A stretch of 64,000 nt of DNA, from contig NC_087437.1 of NCBI RefSeq assembly GCF_036321535.1, forward strand, positions 87,484,001 through 87,548,000, written 5' to 3'. This stretch comes from Camelus dromedarius. Its lineage: Eukaryota. Positions within the stretch are counted from its first letter, which is position 1, and each line of letters starts with the position of its first letter. Positions 24,471-37,770 of this stretch are shown one piece after another. Both the position numbers and the translations under genes were made by a program. The notes below the pieces were generated by a model that saw nothing but the letters and a program-made list of their open reading frames with translations, was not told where the DNA came from and ran no database searches.

Positions 24471-27400
24471 TTCTATTGTCATACTAATTCTATTTAAATA
24501 AAGGCTAAAAAGAATATGAACTGATTGCCTGATTGTGATAGGGTTAGCCAAATATTATTCAGGTAGCTAATGATAGAGAATATAGATACATGAATAAACA
24601 TAATATGTTTATAATGATTATTTCTGTACATCTAGTTTATATTATAACCTTATTACAAGCAATGGCCCATTTTGGTAGGCAGGTTATTAACTATTTAAGT
24701 TATAAAAAGGGGCAAGAAACTTAAGATTCACTTTGTATTCCTATTTGGACCCATTTTTTTCCCATAGTTCTTCTCTTGTGTAACAATAAACAGTCCAAAT
24801 AAAACAGAATCTTCCTTTGTACTCCCATGCCTAATAATGTTTTTGATTTTTTTATTCAGTGGAAAATGATCTCATCACAAATGTGTAGATACCTAGACTA
24901 CTCTGAAAATCTCCTGCTTCAAGGTGTCCTGCATATTCCTCCCTCACTGGATCAACTCCATTCACTTGCCCCCAAAGGTATAATCAAGATAGAGGGGATT
25001 TAACAGGAGAGGAGATGGCATCTCGTCACCATTTGTGGGTGTGATGAACCCTTTCATTTGATTTTACGATAATTGTGCCACTTCTGGCACTGATGTTTGG
25101 ATCTGCCCCCAGATATGCTGACATCAATTTCTGGGCACATTGATGGCATTATCTCAGCTGACAGATCTCTACATTGCAGGCCTCTGTTTGTTGTAATATC
25201 TATGAAGTATTCCTTTCATAGCTTCCTCTCATTAGAAGTAAACAAATTTAGGATAAATCAAAAAGAAATCATTAATTAGAATCTTTCTAAATGGAAGGCT
25301 ATTTTGTGCTACTTTTTCATTCTCTAATGTCTACCACTCTTTTAGTCTCCCACTGCCTCCTTTATTTTCCATGACTGTTTTTGTAAAATTCATGCCCATT
25401 TACATGGATTATAACAAGATATAAATAATTTATGTTGTTTTAAAGCTCACTCTGACAATTAAGGATATGTTCTATCAGCTGAGCACAGTGCTTTCTTTTA
25501 TCAGGCTCAGTATTGGAAATGGTATGGATCAGTTACTAAATCACAGATGTCCACTATAGACATTTAACTACAAAAAAAAAAAATGTGCGCTGAGACAGAA
25601 TGATTACAAAGACATCTCCAACTCAATAAAATGATAGGTCACTGTTGCCTGAAAGGAAGATCATTTTTCTCTCTAATGTGGGAGGAAAGGTAATTTGCCT
25701 TTCCCATCTTGTTTAAATGAAATATCTAGGCTAGTCTATAGAGTTTCCTCCCTGGATATGTAAAATAATTTCCAAAGGCAACAGCTAGGGAACAAATTTA
25801 TGTAAATAAAGTAACTATTTGACAGAGTTCTGTTTATTTTAGTTACCGCTGATTTGGTGTGTCACTCTATTGATCTAATCAACTGCAGAGATTTTAGTTC
25901 GGGTCAATGACTGATTTTTAGAGTAGTCCACACACCTATTACTGCTTTCAAAACTAAAGGAAAAAAATATATGTCATTTGCTTCTCCCAGGTAAATTTAA
26001 TGAATGCTTTCTTACTCTAGCTTCAGATTATTCATCTAACAGTGAAGAAGAAAATCCCAAAGTCCAGTAAGGATATTATTCCTTGGCACTAGTGAAGTAA
26101 TTTCTAAATAACTTTTTCTTCCCATGTTGGGTGTATATGTATAGTACTTAGTAATTTAAGTACACCTAGGAGGAAATTACCTAAATGTCATAAGTAAGCA
26201 CATTTCTAAGTTGATACACAATTAGAATCTGTACTTCTCTTTTTCAGTGAAAAGTATTGGGTAATTAATTTGGGCTTAAATATGCAATATTTTCATTGCT
26301 CATTTTAATCTATTGTAGGTGCTAATTTGGAAAATAGACCTTATTAACCTACTGCTTGGAAATAACTGTTGAATTACCCAATTATGTATATTTCTATTTT
26401 CTTATTTCCATTTGAGTCAATGAAAGGTAAAATGTTAAGTAGGGTGAACTAATTATTCCAGAACATTCAAAAGATGTTTCTCTATACTTAGTCAAGTGTC
26501 CTGTGCCTAATGCAGTAACAGGCTGCTACTGATGATTTTGATTATTATAATCATGTTGAATGGTGAGGTATTTCTAAAATGTTTCTGGAAAAGGTTGGCA
26601 TAAAGGAAAGTGTAAGTAAAAATAAATCGTGATCAAAAGGGTATCCTACTAGTAAACTACCATGTGGCAGCTATTTATTCTAAGGCAAAAATCATTTCTT
26701 TTTCTTCTAAACCTTCAGTGGCTTCTGTCATAATAAAATGTATTTGTCAGTTCTTTGCCTTCTCAAGTTAACATTTTATGGTTCTACCATATTATAAACT
26801 CAGAGTTAAAATAGCATTAAATTCAGATTGAAAAAAGTTTTTCACTGATACATCTTTGCAGTGGTTTCTTACTATTGATTTTTAAAACCATTATGCTCAC
26901 AACATGAAAAAGACCACAGACCCCAGGGATACAAGCAATAAAACAATTAACTTTCTCATTAACAAGTTTCACAAGGCATGCGAGTTAAAAAAGACAGTAA
27001 TAACAAATCCCTATTTCTGAAACGTTAAATCGTACTGTGTTGCCTGTTATTTCAAGTTGTAACCTGTCCCAAATTCACAGAATCTCAGACATGACCTGCA
27101 AATTGAAAAATAAAAATGGCCTTGAGAAAGCAAATTGGACTTCAGATGTCTCGGCAATCATACTGCTTATATTCTAAGCAACAAAACCTAAAACACATAA
27201 TAAATAGCTTATATTAATTAGAAATTTTCCTCAATCAAGTTATATTGGAAACTAAATTTAAGAGGAATAGTATAGAAATCAACAGTTGTCTCTAATCCTT
27301 ACCTTAAATGCATCTTAGTGCAGTTATCAGATTTTTTAAATTTTGTGAAGTAGAAAGAGGACAAGTCTGAACAATTGGCCACTCAATGGATAGGCAGAAT

Positions 27401-27647
27401 GAGGGTAGGGGTAGCTGAAAGCAAAAACCTGAAGTTCAAGATAAATTTGATTAGCAATTGATGGCATAATTGCAAGAAAAAAATCTAGAAGGAGTAGCTA
27501 GGCAGTAAAAGAAACGCAAGTCACATATGGTTACAAGTTGAAAGACAAGAATCAGGTAAGCAGAAGTGTCTTTTAAAAATGCAAGTTACTTATTAAATGG
27601 AGTTACTTGAAATTATGAGAGCAGCTAATATTCAAACTAAAATGTTT

Positions 27648-27805
27648 TTTTAACATTTTTTATTGATTTATAATCATTTTACAATGTTGTGTCAAATTCC
27701 AGTGTTCAGCACAATTTTTCAGTCATACATGGACTTATACACCCTCATTGTCACATTTTTTTCTCTGTTAGTTACCATAACATTTTGTGTAAATTTCCCT
27801 GTGCT
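27648..27805 (-). mobile_element. Young, strongly 5'-truncated lineage-specific L1 3' end (camelid-type)
   Basis: T-rich tail, then 'aacattttttattgatttataatcattttacaatgttgtgtcaaattccagtg…ttccctgtgct'; flanked by AATGTTT direct repeats at 27641-27647 and 27806-27812. Confidence 0.85.
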
Positions 27806-27989
27806 AATGTTTATTGATTGTTTTCTATGTAACAATGCTGGGAATAAAAATGAATAAATTAGAATTTCTGCTTCAAAAATACTTCACAACTTAACAGATA
27901 ACTAACATCTGTATGCCTTTTTAAAATTCAGCAAAGGGGCGTGGTTCTACTGCTTCTTTTGTTGACCAACAAGATTAATTAAAAATGAT

Positions 27990-29660
27990 CACCTTACTGA
28001 AGACATTGAGAAAACTTAACATTTAAAAAATATGTCCCTGGAGAACTAAAAAGGCAGAGGAAAATAACAGGACCAAGATCCAAGGGAACACAGAAAACCA
28101 AAGATATGAACCCAGCATTTAGGGATGATTTTCCCTTAAAATGTCTTTGAATTCCAGAAAAAGTATTTGGGAGTTTGGTGACCAGAGTTCAGAAAGTAGA
28201 GAGTAATAAACCCTCCTGCTTTGGATGGAACTGAAAAGAGAAATACTCTAAAAGTGAGCTGAGAAAGAATGGCCTTGCAGGATTGTAACTCAGCTTCAAG
28301 TTTCAATTGTTTTAGACCTTGAATTCTTTCTCCATTAAAAAATAACCAAGAGAAATACTACACATAAAATAGTTACATAAAATGGCAGTATTAGACACAG
28401 TGTTATCTACTGCTGAAATATTCAAGGAGATAAATAAAATTGGAAATTATAGCAGAAAATTGGAAATTATAAAAACAAAAGAATGGAAATCATAGAACTG
28501 AAAAAGATGTAGAGTCAAAACCTTGAGGGATGGCTCCTGGGCATATATCCAGAAGGAAGTTTAATTTGTAAAGATACATGCACCCCAATGTTCATAGCAG
28601 CACTATTTATAATAGCCAAGACATGGAAGCCACCTAAATGTCCATTGACAGAGGACTGGATAAAGAAGTTGTGATATATTTATACAATGGAATACTTTTT
28701 TAAAAAGAACAAAATAATGCCCTTTGCAGCAACATGGATGGATCTGGAGACCGTCATTCTAAGTGAAGTAAGCCAGAAAGAGAAAGAAAAATATCATATG
28801 ATATCATATGTGGAATCTAAAAAAAAAAAAAAAAAAGACACAAATGAGCTTATTTACAAAACAAACAGATTCACAGACACTCACAAACAGAAAACTAACT
28901 CATTGTTACCAAGGGGATGCGAGGTGGGAAGGGACAAAATGGGCGTTCGAGATTTGCAGATACTAACTACTATATGTAAAATAGATAAACAAGTTTATAC
29001 TGGATAGCACAGGGAACTATATTCAATATCTTGTAGTTACCTGTAATGAAAAAGAAGATGAAAATGAAAATATGTATGTATATGTGCAACTGAAACATCA
29101 TGCTCTACACCAGAAATTGACACAACATTGTAAACTGACTATACTTCAATTAAAAAAAAAGAACTTAAGGGATGAACTTAATAGTAGATTAAACAGTGCT
29201 GAAGAAAAAGTTAGTAAACTGAAATATGCAAAGGAAGAAAAAGAATGAAACAAAGAGAAATATAAAGGGAAAATACAAAACAGAAAGTAAGAGACACAGA
29301 GAAGAGAGTAAATCTATATGAAAATAGAATCTCAAAAGTAAAAAGGAGAGTGGAATACAGAAATTATTTAAAGAAATAAAGGCTAAGTATTTTCTAAAAC
29401 AATGAAAGACATCAAGCTACAGATTCAAAAAGTGGGACAAATCCTAAGTGGGGTAAACAAAAAGAAAGCTATATCCTGGTATATGACAGTAAGTTTGCTG
29501 AGAACACAGTTTAGTTTGCTAAGAAAAAAATATTTTGTGTATTTAATATCACAAACTCAAATTATATGAGCAAAAATTCACAGAACTAACAAGTAAATAA
29601 ACACAGTTATAGTCAGAGGTTTTAATATAACTTTCTCAGTTACTGCTAGAACAGAATGAC
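27990..29660 (+). mobile_element. Old L1M 5' UTR/ORF1 remnant (host of a younger L1)
   Basis: A-rich with ORF1-like motifs: 'gctgaagaaaaagttagtaaactgaaa', 'aagaaataaaggctaagtattttctaaaa', 'gaaagacatcaagctacagattcaaaaag'. Confidence 0.7.
28533..29160 (+). mobile_element. Younger 5'-truncated L1 (ORF2 C-terminus, 3' UTR and poly(A)), cetartiodactyl/camelid-type
   Basis: Translates to KNKIMPFAATWMDLETVILSEVSQKEKEKYHMIS (L1 ORF2p C-terminus); 3' UTR 'atagcacagggaactatattcaatatcttgta'; poly(A) tail; diverged target-site duplication aaccttgagggatg / gaacttaagggatg. Confidence 0.95.
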
Positions 29661-29949
29661 TGAAGAAGAGCTGTATTATAATTTGCTCATATGACTAGCA
29701 CCCATGTCAACAAATATTTAATAAAAGGACCAGTCTAGATAAAGTCTTGATAGCAACCAGAGATTGATTAAAATTTGGGCATGGTTTATTGAAAAATGTG
29801 TGTGTGTTTTATTTTTATTTTATTATTCCATTAATTTCTATTATTTACCTCTCTATCTACACATTACTGTTCCTTGTTCCATTTTTACTGATTTTCTTTG
29901 ACAATATATTGTTGCCCTCATCTATATGATTCTTCATCTAAAAAAATCT

Positions 29950-30560
29950 CATTTTCATAATCACCACCTTTAAAGAATTGTTGTCAAGGACTACTATTAC
30001 TTCTTCACTGACAATTTGCTTATTAACTCTTTGTTTTCTGGTATATGTCCTTCCCACTCTACTAGAAGCCCTCTTTCAGAAATTCCTATTGATCTAAAAC
30101 ACACTAAATCCTTTCCTTCAGTTCCCTCCTCCTTATTATACCTACAGTATATCACATTATGTATCATTCCAATGATGGAATTCCATCATTCTCCAAGAGA
30201 TTTTTCGGCTTTTCTGACATTAGACTATCACAATTATTTTAGAATTCTCTTGATGTCCCTCCTCTTACTCATACACATTCATTTTTATCTCTACCTTTCT
30301 ATGATAATTTCCAAGCTTCTATTGACAACCATTTTTATGTGCTCTTTCTGTTTTGGAAATCTTAGCTAACCCCACAATTTCAGCTACCATCTCCAAGTGA
30401 ATGGCTTCCAGATCTTTTCTAAGAAACAGCTGAATTTCTAATTGTATATTTATTATTACTATCCTAAAGTCAACAAGCCTAACATTAAATAATCTATCAC
30501 CACCTTTTATAAAATTCTCATGGGTTTTATTTTTTTCTTGAGGCATTGATGTTTATCATG
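29950..30560 (+). mobile_element. Degenerate LINE-2 body fragment
   Basis: Pyrimidine-rich with L2-like motifs 'cttcccactctactagaagccctcttt' and 'gcttttctgacattagactatc'. Confidence 0.45.
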
Positions 30561-30739
30561 AATTATTCTTGTTTTTTCTCTCCATTGTCTCTACTCATAT
30601 ATCAATCATTATATAAATATATTATATATTTATATTTTATGTATATATATAATTTTTTTCTGCATGAAATACTTCTTCGCAACCCCTTTTCACCATTCTA
30701 GTGAAAATAATCCTATCATTTGGGGCCACCATTAGTCCT

Positions 30740-31060
30740 TTTGAAATATTTTTGGTGTTATTCACTTCCAGGCACATGATAGGAATGTGCTTCCCATCTC
30801 CCTGATGTCATATGACTTCATTTGATGAATGAGGTGTGAAGAGAAGTGTTATATGTTAATTCTGGATGGAAACTTTACAAGCCAGTACAGGTTTCACCCT
30901 GTCTCCCCTTTCCTACTCCTGTGACAATGGGGAGCATTCTAAATAAAGTATCTATTACCCTGGATGCAAGAGTGACAACAATGAGCAGAGCCTGCTGATG
31001 CATGTTGGATAAGTTGTGTGAGTGAGAAAAAGACTTTAAAGACTCTGAGATCTAGGGGAT
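30740..31060 (+). mobile_element. Old MaLR LTR (MLT1-like)
   Basis: 'catatgacttcatttgatgaatgaggtgtgaagagaagtg…tgtgtgagtgagaaaaagacttt'. Confidence 0.55.
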
Positions 31061-34000
31061 TACTTCTTTTCAAATAAACTTTTTGACCCAAAACTTCTCA
31101 TCTAAACTTTGTTTTTAACATAAAATTTCTTTTCATTATGAAAAAAACATGCTTCTAATTGACTTAAATAATAAAAGTGTAGGGAAGAAAAATGTCTTGT
31201 GATTTCACCAATGATAATCACATGGCATTATTTTAATCTTTATATAAATCTTCGAATGTGCATGTAAAAATTATTTTTATTATTCTGCTCTCCCTCATTC
31301 AAGTAAAAAAAAGCCTTTGGCAAATAAAATTCTTTCAAATTACATCTTTACTATGAGTTTCAAAAGACAATTTTTTAATTCAAATGTCAAGAGTTTGACA
31401 CTTTGTTGTTCTACTGTTTATCCTCTTTTGCTTTCAGTTGAATATAAGAATTCATATATGTTTATATAAGAATATTATATTCTTATATGTTTATATAAGA
31501 ATACATAAATGCAAAAAATATTTTAAATATAGAACTCGATCAAATTAAGAATAAAAATAAAGTGAGAACACAAAGTGTTAACTAGAAACAAAATTTAAGT
31601 ATTTAAGTATTTAGAGAACTTAATAGAGGGTAGGTTGGCTAAGTTATAGTATTGAAAATAAGCTTTTAATAGAGAATATGTAAAGAGCAACTCAGTAAGT
31701 TATGTAATTTGAATTTTCTGTAAGACAAAATCTGTTCAGTTGCTCAAAGTTTTTGCCTTTGAGTAGATAAAACAGATTAATTAATTCTTTCCCATTGTTC
31801 AAAGTGATTTTCTTTTAATGCACTATGTGTAACTCTGATGGAATTTAGTAATTTATTGGCAGCAGATATTCAAAACCACAGGTCCCCTATTGGGGAACAT
31901 GAGAATGAGGGGTGTAATGTCTATAGTTAAGTTTTATGTGGGGTCCTTCATTGACTTTTAATTTTGAATGTGGTAACCTAGCTACTGAATAATGGTATAA
32001 TAAGGAAGAAGTAATATCAGGTGGGGGAGGCAGGGTGATGTGTTGGCACACTTTGGTTTTATTATAAGATTGTTACTAGGAGGTTTTCACTAAAACACTG
32101 TTTCCTCTATCCCAGGGTATATCTTCACTCAATTTTCAGTATTCATATTGTAGGTCAGATTCTCATTTCATGATTATCGTGTCCTCATTCTTTACCCTTT
32201 ACATTGCCTTCAGAAGTCTCTCTCAGCTAGAGTGTTAGTTTATAAACAGTTAACGATGATGTGTCAATGTGATTTATCCTTCAGTTCTACCTCACCACTT
32301 TTCAATGATACCACTTGGTTTTCCGAATGTACATCTCTGTCTTCTCTTTTGGCTCATAGCTTAGCCAGATCCCCTTGCTTTTATCCCATCTGTGACAGCA
32401 ACCTTCATTATTATTTTTTCTACTCAAGTTTTGAGGAAGTATGAATCAGCTTTCAATGTTCTGTATCATTTTGGATCATGAGACGTTGTGGTTTATAACT
32501 TTGGATTGTAGCAAATTACTTATGGAGTGAGCACATCTTTTACAAGTAACAAAATTCAGATGTACACTAAAGACAGCTGTATTTTTCCATAACAGATTTT
32601 ATTTAAAGTCCAAATGTGGTTCTAAAAATTAATCTACTTCCTTTTGGTGTATTCATCATTTCAGACCTCAACCAATGTTTTACCACTGGCCCCCTCCTTC
32701 CTTTTTCTGTAATGTCATTTAACTTCCTCCTGGGTTATGTATCCACCCTCAGTCTTGGAAAGGTGATGATTTAGCATTTGTTCATTCTGGTATCCTTGAG
32801 GTGAACAATCCCATCAGTGCCTTGAACGTATAGTCTGAGGTGTCTAACTGTTTCCCTTAGTCACAGTGCCACGTTGATAACTGCTAAAACCTGATGACCA
32901 AGCCAATTTTGGAACAACTTCTGTCCATCATGCTCTCTGGAAGTTTCTCTCAAATTTCCCTTCTCAAGGCAAGAGAAAATGTGACTGCTTTCTCATAACA
33001 GTCAAGTGATATATAACTCTTGGTAGGAATGCCTCTCCTATATACCTCCAGAAGCTTCTATATGTATAATTTATCCTATTATCAGACTCTGGTGGTGCAA
33101 AGGAACATCAAAAAGTCTGATGCCATTAGGGTGCCATCAGGATTCTCATGGAACTACTTATGAGTCTCCTCCACTCTCAGATTTATCCCAAGCCCTTTGG
33201 GGAGTTCCCTCATCATATCCTCTCCCTGAACTAGTTCCTTCCCACAACCCACATCTCCAAGCCTTTCCCTTCTCCTGCTCATGGGATCCTTATTCAGTTC
33301 ATGGTGGGAAAACTGGCACCTATGTCAGTGTTCACTATTCCCACATCTGTATTTAGTCTATGGATATTCAGTCCTACATAGTTCAAAATATTTTGTAACC
33401 TCCTCCCCCCAGAAATCTTTGGCAGATGAAATTCTTTCAAATTTTATCTTTACTATGAGTTTCAGAAGCTCAGATGTTAAGAGCATGACACCTTTTCTCT
33501 GTTCTTCTACTGTTCAGCCTCTTTTGCTTGGGTTGATATACCTGGACTCACATGAATTCCTAGAATGGGGAGACAGGATGGGCGTAGAACAGAATACCAG
33601 TAATGAAAAGCACATTGATGAATATCAAAGTATCACTCTGATGTACCTGTTTTATTAAAGGTAAAATTGTTCTCTACTTGTATTGCTTTGATGATTTTGC
33701 TCTTATTTTTGTGGGTGTGAAAATGGGAAATAAAATGAAAATGCTTTTATTTAAGTATCTTCAGCCACAAGTCCCATTGGCTAGGAGTTGTGGGGATGTC
33801 TCTGCCAGCTGAAAATAATTCTCATCACATTGGCAGTACCTTCCAGCTATTGCCCTAGTTTCTTTCTTTTACTGCCAGACTTCTCCAAGGAATTGTCAAC
33901 ACTGAGTTCATGTCTTCACCGCCCTTATCTTTTGAAACATCATATTTACCCTAAGAGCAATGTTAAATAACTAACATGTTTAACACTGCAAAATGAAATA

Positions 34001-37000
34001 CTCCGAAGTGACCTGTTCAGTCCTATGTGGTCTGGTTGCTATCTACCTCTCTGGTAATATTTCATACCACATTTCCTTTTGTGTTAAATGTCTAGCCACA
34101 TACCCTCCTTAACCTTTTAAATTTCCTTCCTACCCTTGGCCTGTGCACATCCAATTTCCTCTGTCCAAAATGCTCTTCCTCTCCCTGCTTTTCTAATTTA
34201 AACCCTAGCTGAATTGGCACTCGTTCATGGAAGCTTTTTCTAATACATGGTCTCTTAAAGCCATGTCTCTCTTTAATACCATCACAGTGTCAATTTTACA
34301 TGCATTTGTATTATGTGATTGAAGTTTAGTGCCGTTGCTCGACCAAGAAACATGTCTGCTAGGTAACCTGTTTTATTCCTGTAAATTGGTATGATTATTG
34401 CTTCATTATGGGCACTCAATAAATGTGTTGAAAGAAAGAATGAATCTTTCTTTTCTAAGAAGTCCATGGACAAGTATTTTCCTGACACAGTAAAGAGACT
34501 GTTCAGTGGATCACAGACACTGTTTCTGTTTCATATCACAGGCTGTATTTTTATTTCAACTACATACTAAGTATCTAAAACTTGCAATATCAGAATCATT
34601 ACTATTTTATTTTATTACTTTTTGTAATAATTCTGTACTTGCCTCCTCACAATGTCATACATCTAAGACATGAAAAGAGGAATTGTTTAGGTATTAAGCC
34701 TAATAGGCAGCGTCTGTTCTCTTCATTTTGGCCCAAGTTGACACACCACTGCAGAACAGTGGAAAACATTATCACAGTCGTCTCTGGTGAATAGTTTACA
34801 ATATTAATTTTATATTAAAATGAACATATATATTGTGCAATAATTACCCAAGATTTTATGATAAAGTAATAGTCTTCAAAAACCACATAGACTTCTACTT
34901 ATGATTGTCTCATCATTTATATATCTTCTACTGTTGTTGAATATTTAGATTATTTCCCAACTTTTATCAGTATTAATGATGGCTTCAGTAAATATGTAGG
35001 TATAACAAGTACGCTAAACAACCAATATTCATAGAGTGTAATTAAAAGCAGCTGTAATTATATTTTCTCCCACTCTCTAAAACCACTCAGTGGTGAAAGT
35101 TCACGACTTTTCCAATCACTTTTTAGTAATAGAAAGTCCTATGGCTACTTTAAACTGCTAAATGCATTCTCAATTGAGTAATGAAATGCATGTAGCCTCA
35201 GGTGATAACAGAAACTCTGAATTTTGTTCAAAGATAAATATTCTCTCCCGCTACTTCAGACCTTGCCCATTATAAGTGGGCTCTCGACTTCAGCAATAGG
35301 GGGTGGTTGGCTTTTTTCTTTTCCGAATCTCCTTCTCTGAATGAATTCTGCTGAATATGTTTCTGTGTTGGCTTGTTTGTTTATTTGTTTTATTTTGTGT
35401 TTATTTATCCTCTGGGGTTGAAGCAGTAAGAGAAAGAAGAGGTAAGAAAACAAGACATTTTTCACTTGCTTGGCATTTTTGTAAACGTAGCTTGTTACTC
35501 TCAAGATCTGGCGGATACTTGAAGGCTACCCTTTTGTGAATATTTTTCTAAATTTACCAGAGGCCACCACTGGGAAATTTCCATTGTATTTTCAATAATG
35601 TGTCTTTTAGTTGTCTATTTATTTATTTACTTACTTATTTATTTTCAGAGGGTAGCCAAAGGGAATGTTTATTGAGCACCTACCCTGTCTGGCATTGTGC
35701 AATACACTTGTTTTATATACGTAAGAGATAGACACATATATGATTCAACCTTCATTTAGTTATATGGCTTATGCAATTTATCCTTTAAGGATGCTCTGAG
35801 AATGGACACACTTGTACAACTTCCCCCAGAGTAGGGTCAGAACCCAAGATTCCTAATTCACTAAACCCAAAACTCTCTCCATTATACCCACTGCCTTTGG
35901 CTAGTTTCTGTTCTGGGGACATCTGGTTTGGGGAGCCTGGTCCTTTCTTTAGAAAGGCTTGATTCTGTGAGAGTGATTTATTGGCAGTCCCAGGGCACAT
36001 CAGTGCTGATTCCCCTACCCTAAATGCCTCCTTTTCCCACCCTGAACAAGAAAGACAGTTTCTTCAATCTTCAAAAATGGGGTAACCAACATTTGGCTGG
36101 TGGAAGTGGGCAGTGCAGGGGTGGGATTAATTCCAGGCTCACCACCCTAATACCAGGCATCCAGGGAGGCTGCTCTGGCTCCACCCCAGAAAAGTGGAGG
36201 CAGCGCTCCCTGATAATTGGCATATCTTGGCTTCTTCAGGCAACAGGGCCTTGAAAAGTTTGAGCTGAGGTATCACATCAGGAAAGCTTTTCTCCTCTCT
36301 TCAACTCTAGGATGCAGCCATAGTTCCAAACAGAAAACAAGGAACTCCAGTGGTCTCTTGTTTATTGGGTACCCTAAGAATATGGCCAACTCCCCTCCAA
36401 GTTCCAAAAGGTGAGGTCTTATTACCCATTGGGGAGGCACTACTGGATAGGATCCAGTGTGACCCTCAACAGGTCTTTATTACTCTTGGCCTGTTTATGG
36501 ATCACAGCAAAAAATCGAGCATTTCTTACTTGAGCACATTTTAACACTGCAGGCTTGTTCTTAGGCAGTAGCACCTCTCTTTCTGTTTCACCGAAATAGC
36601 CAATCCATCCTGCATTCTCTAGAGGGTCGGGACCGCAGTCATTCGCAGTACTCTACTAATGACACAGAAGCCAGATGAAGCTCTTTCTGTGATGCCATTG
36701 GTGTCCCCCTTGTAGCTGAAATAAAGGATAGGTTCCACCCTTCAACAGTCTCCGTGGGTTCAAGGAGAGGAACACGGGATGGTTCTCTCCAGAGAAAACT
36801 TCTCATCTGTCTATCTCCGAAAACTGACTTCCTTATGGTCCCAATGTATGTGAATGTCTAACTAATTCTTAGAACCTACTTTGACATTTATACATGGTGG
36901 TCTGTCTCATAATCCACTTTGAGATTTAACATATATTGTACTCTTGCTTTAGCCAAAAAAGACCTAGAAAGGGTAAACACATTTTTTTGCATAAAAATAT

Positions 37001-37609
37001 TTTCAGCAGCAAAATATCCTCAGCTATTAACCGAAGACTGTGACTATATTGATGCTCTTGGTATACATCCATCAAGTGTCCCATAAGGCGGTTGCTGTCA
37101 GTTCATACTCTGTCAAAGTACACCTGAAACATGGAACACTACTTTAAAAATCTGTGTTAATTATTTTATTGTTTTAATTATTTTTATTTGGTCACTGTGG
37201 ATTATAAATATATATTTTAAACATTTGTCTTTGGTGATCCTTTTTCAGAGAATTTTCATCATGTTCTTGCCCAGTTTCCTATTAAAATAATATGGTTTTC
37301 CTATTCACTTTCAGGCCCTCTGAAAATCTTGAGCATATTCATTCTACGCCTGTTACAAACATTGCAAATATTTGTAGTCTGTCCTACAGTCCATCTGAGT
37401 ATTTATACTATCCCTTACCCCTGAGAGTATCCTTTGTCTCTAATCTCTCTATAGAAATCTTCATAACACTCAACATTGACATATCAAGTTCTGACAGTGT
37501 AACCTTGCTCCTCAAAGGGTCAGGTCTATATTGCCAAATAAAATGGGTAAAACTCTACCTGTTTTCAGTTCTGTTATTCAGAATCCTCAAAAATGATAAC
37601 ACTATTAAT

Positions 37610-37770
37610 AGCAATAGAAATGGTAATTATAATTTTTATTAAGTGCTATGCTAATTGTCTTACATTCTTTTACTCATTTGAGCTCCAGAAAAACCATGTG
37701 AACTATTATTAGCCCTATTTTACAGTAAGAAAAAAAGTTAAACTTTAGACATTAGATAACGTTTCCAGGA
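37610..37770 (-). mobile_element. MIR SINE (truncated at the MLT1D-like LTR)
   Basis: 'actattattagccctattttacagtaaga'. Confidence 0.55.

Noticed and set aside
28687..29007. 106-aa ORF
   Set aside because: L1 ORF2p C-terminal remnant reading into the 3' UTR; not a host gene.
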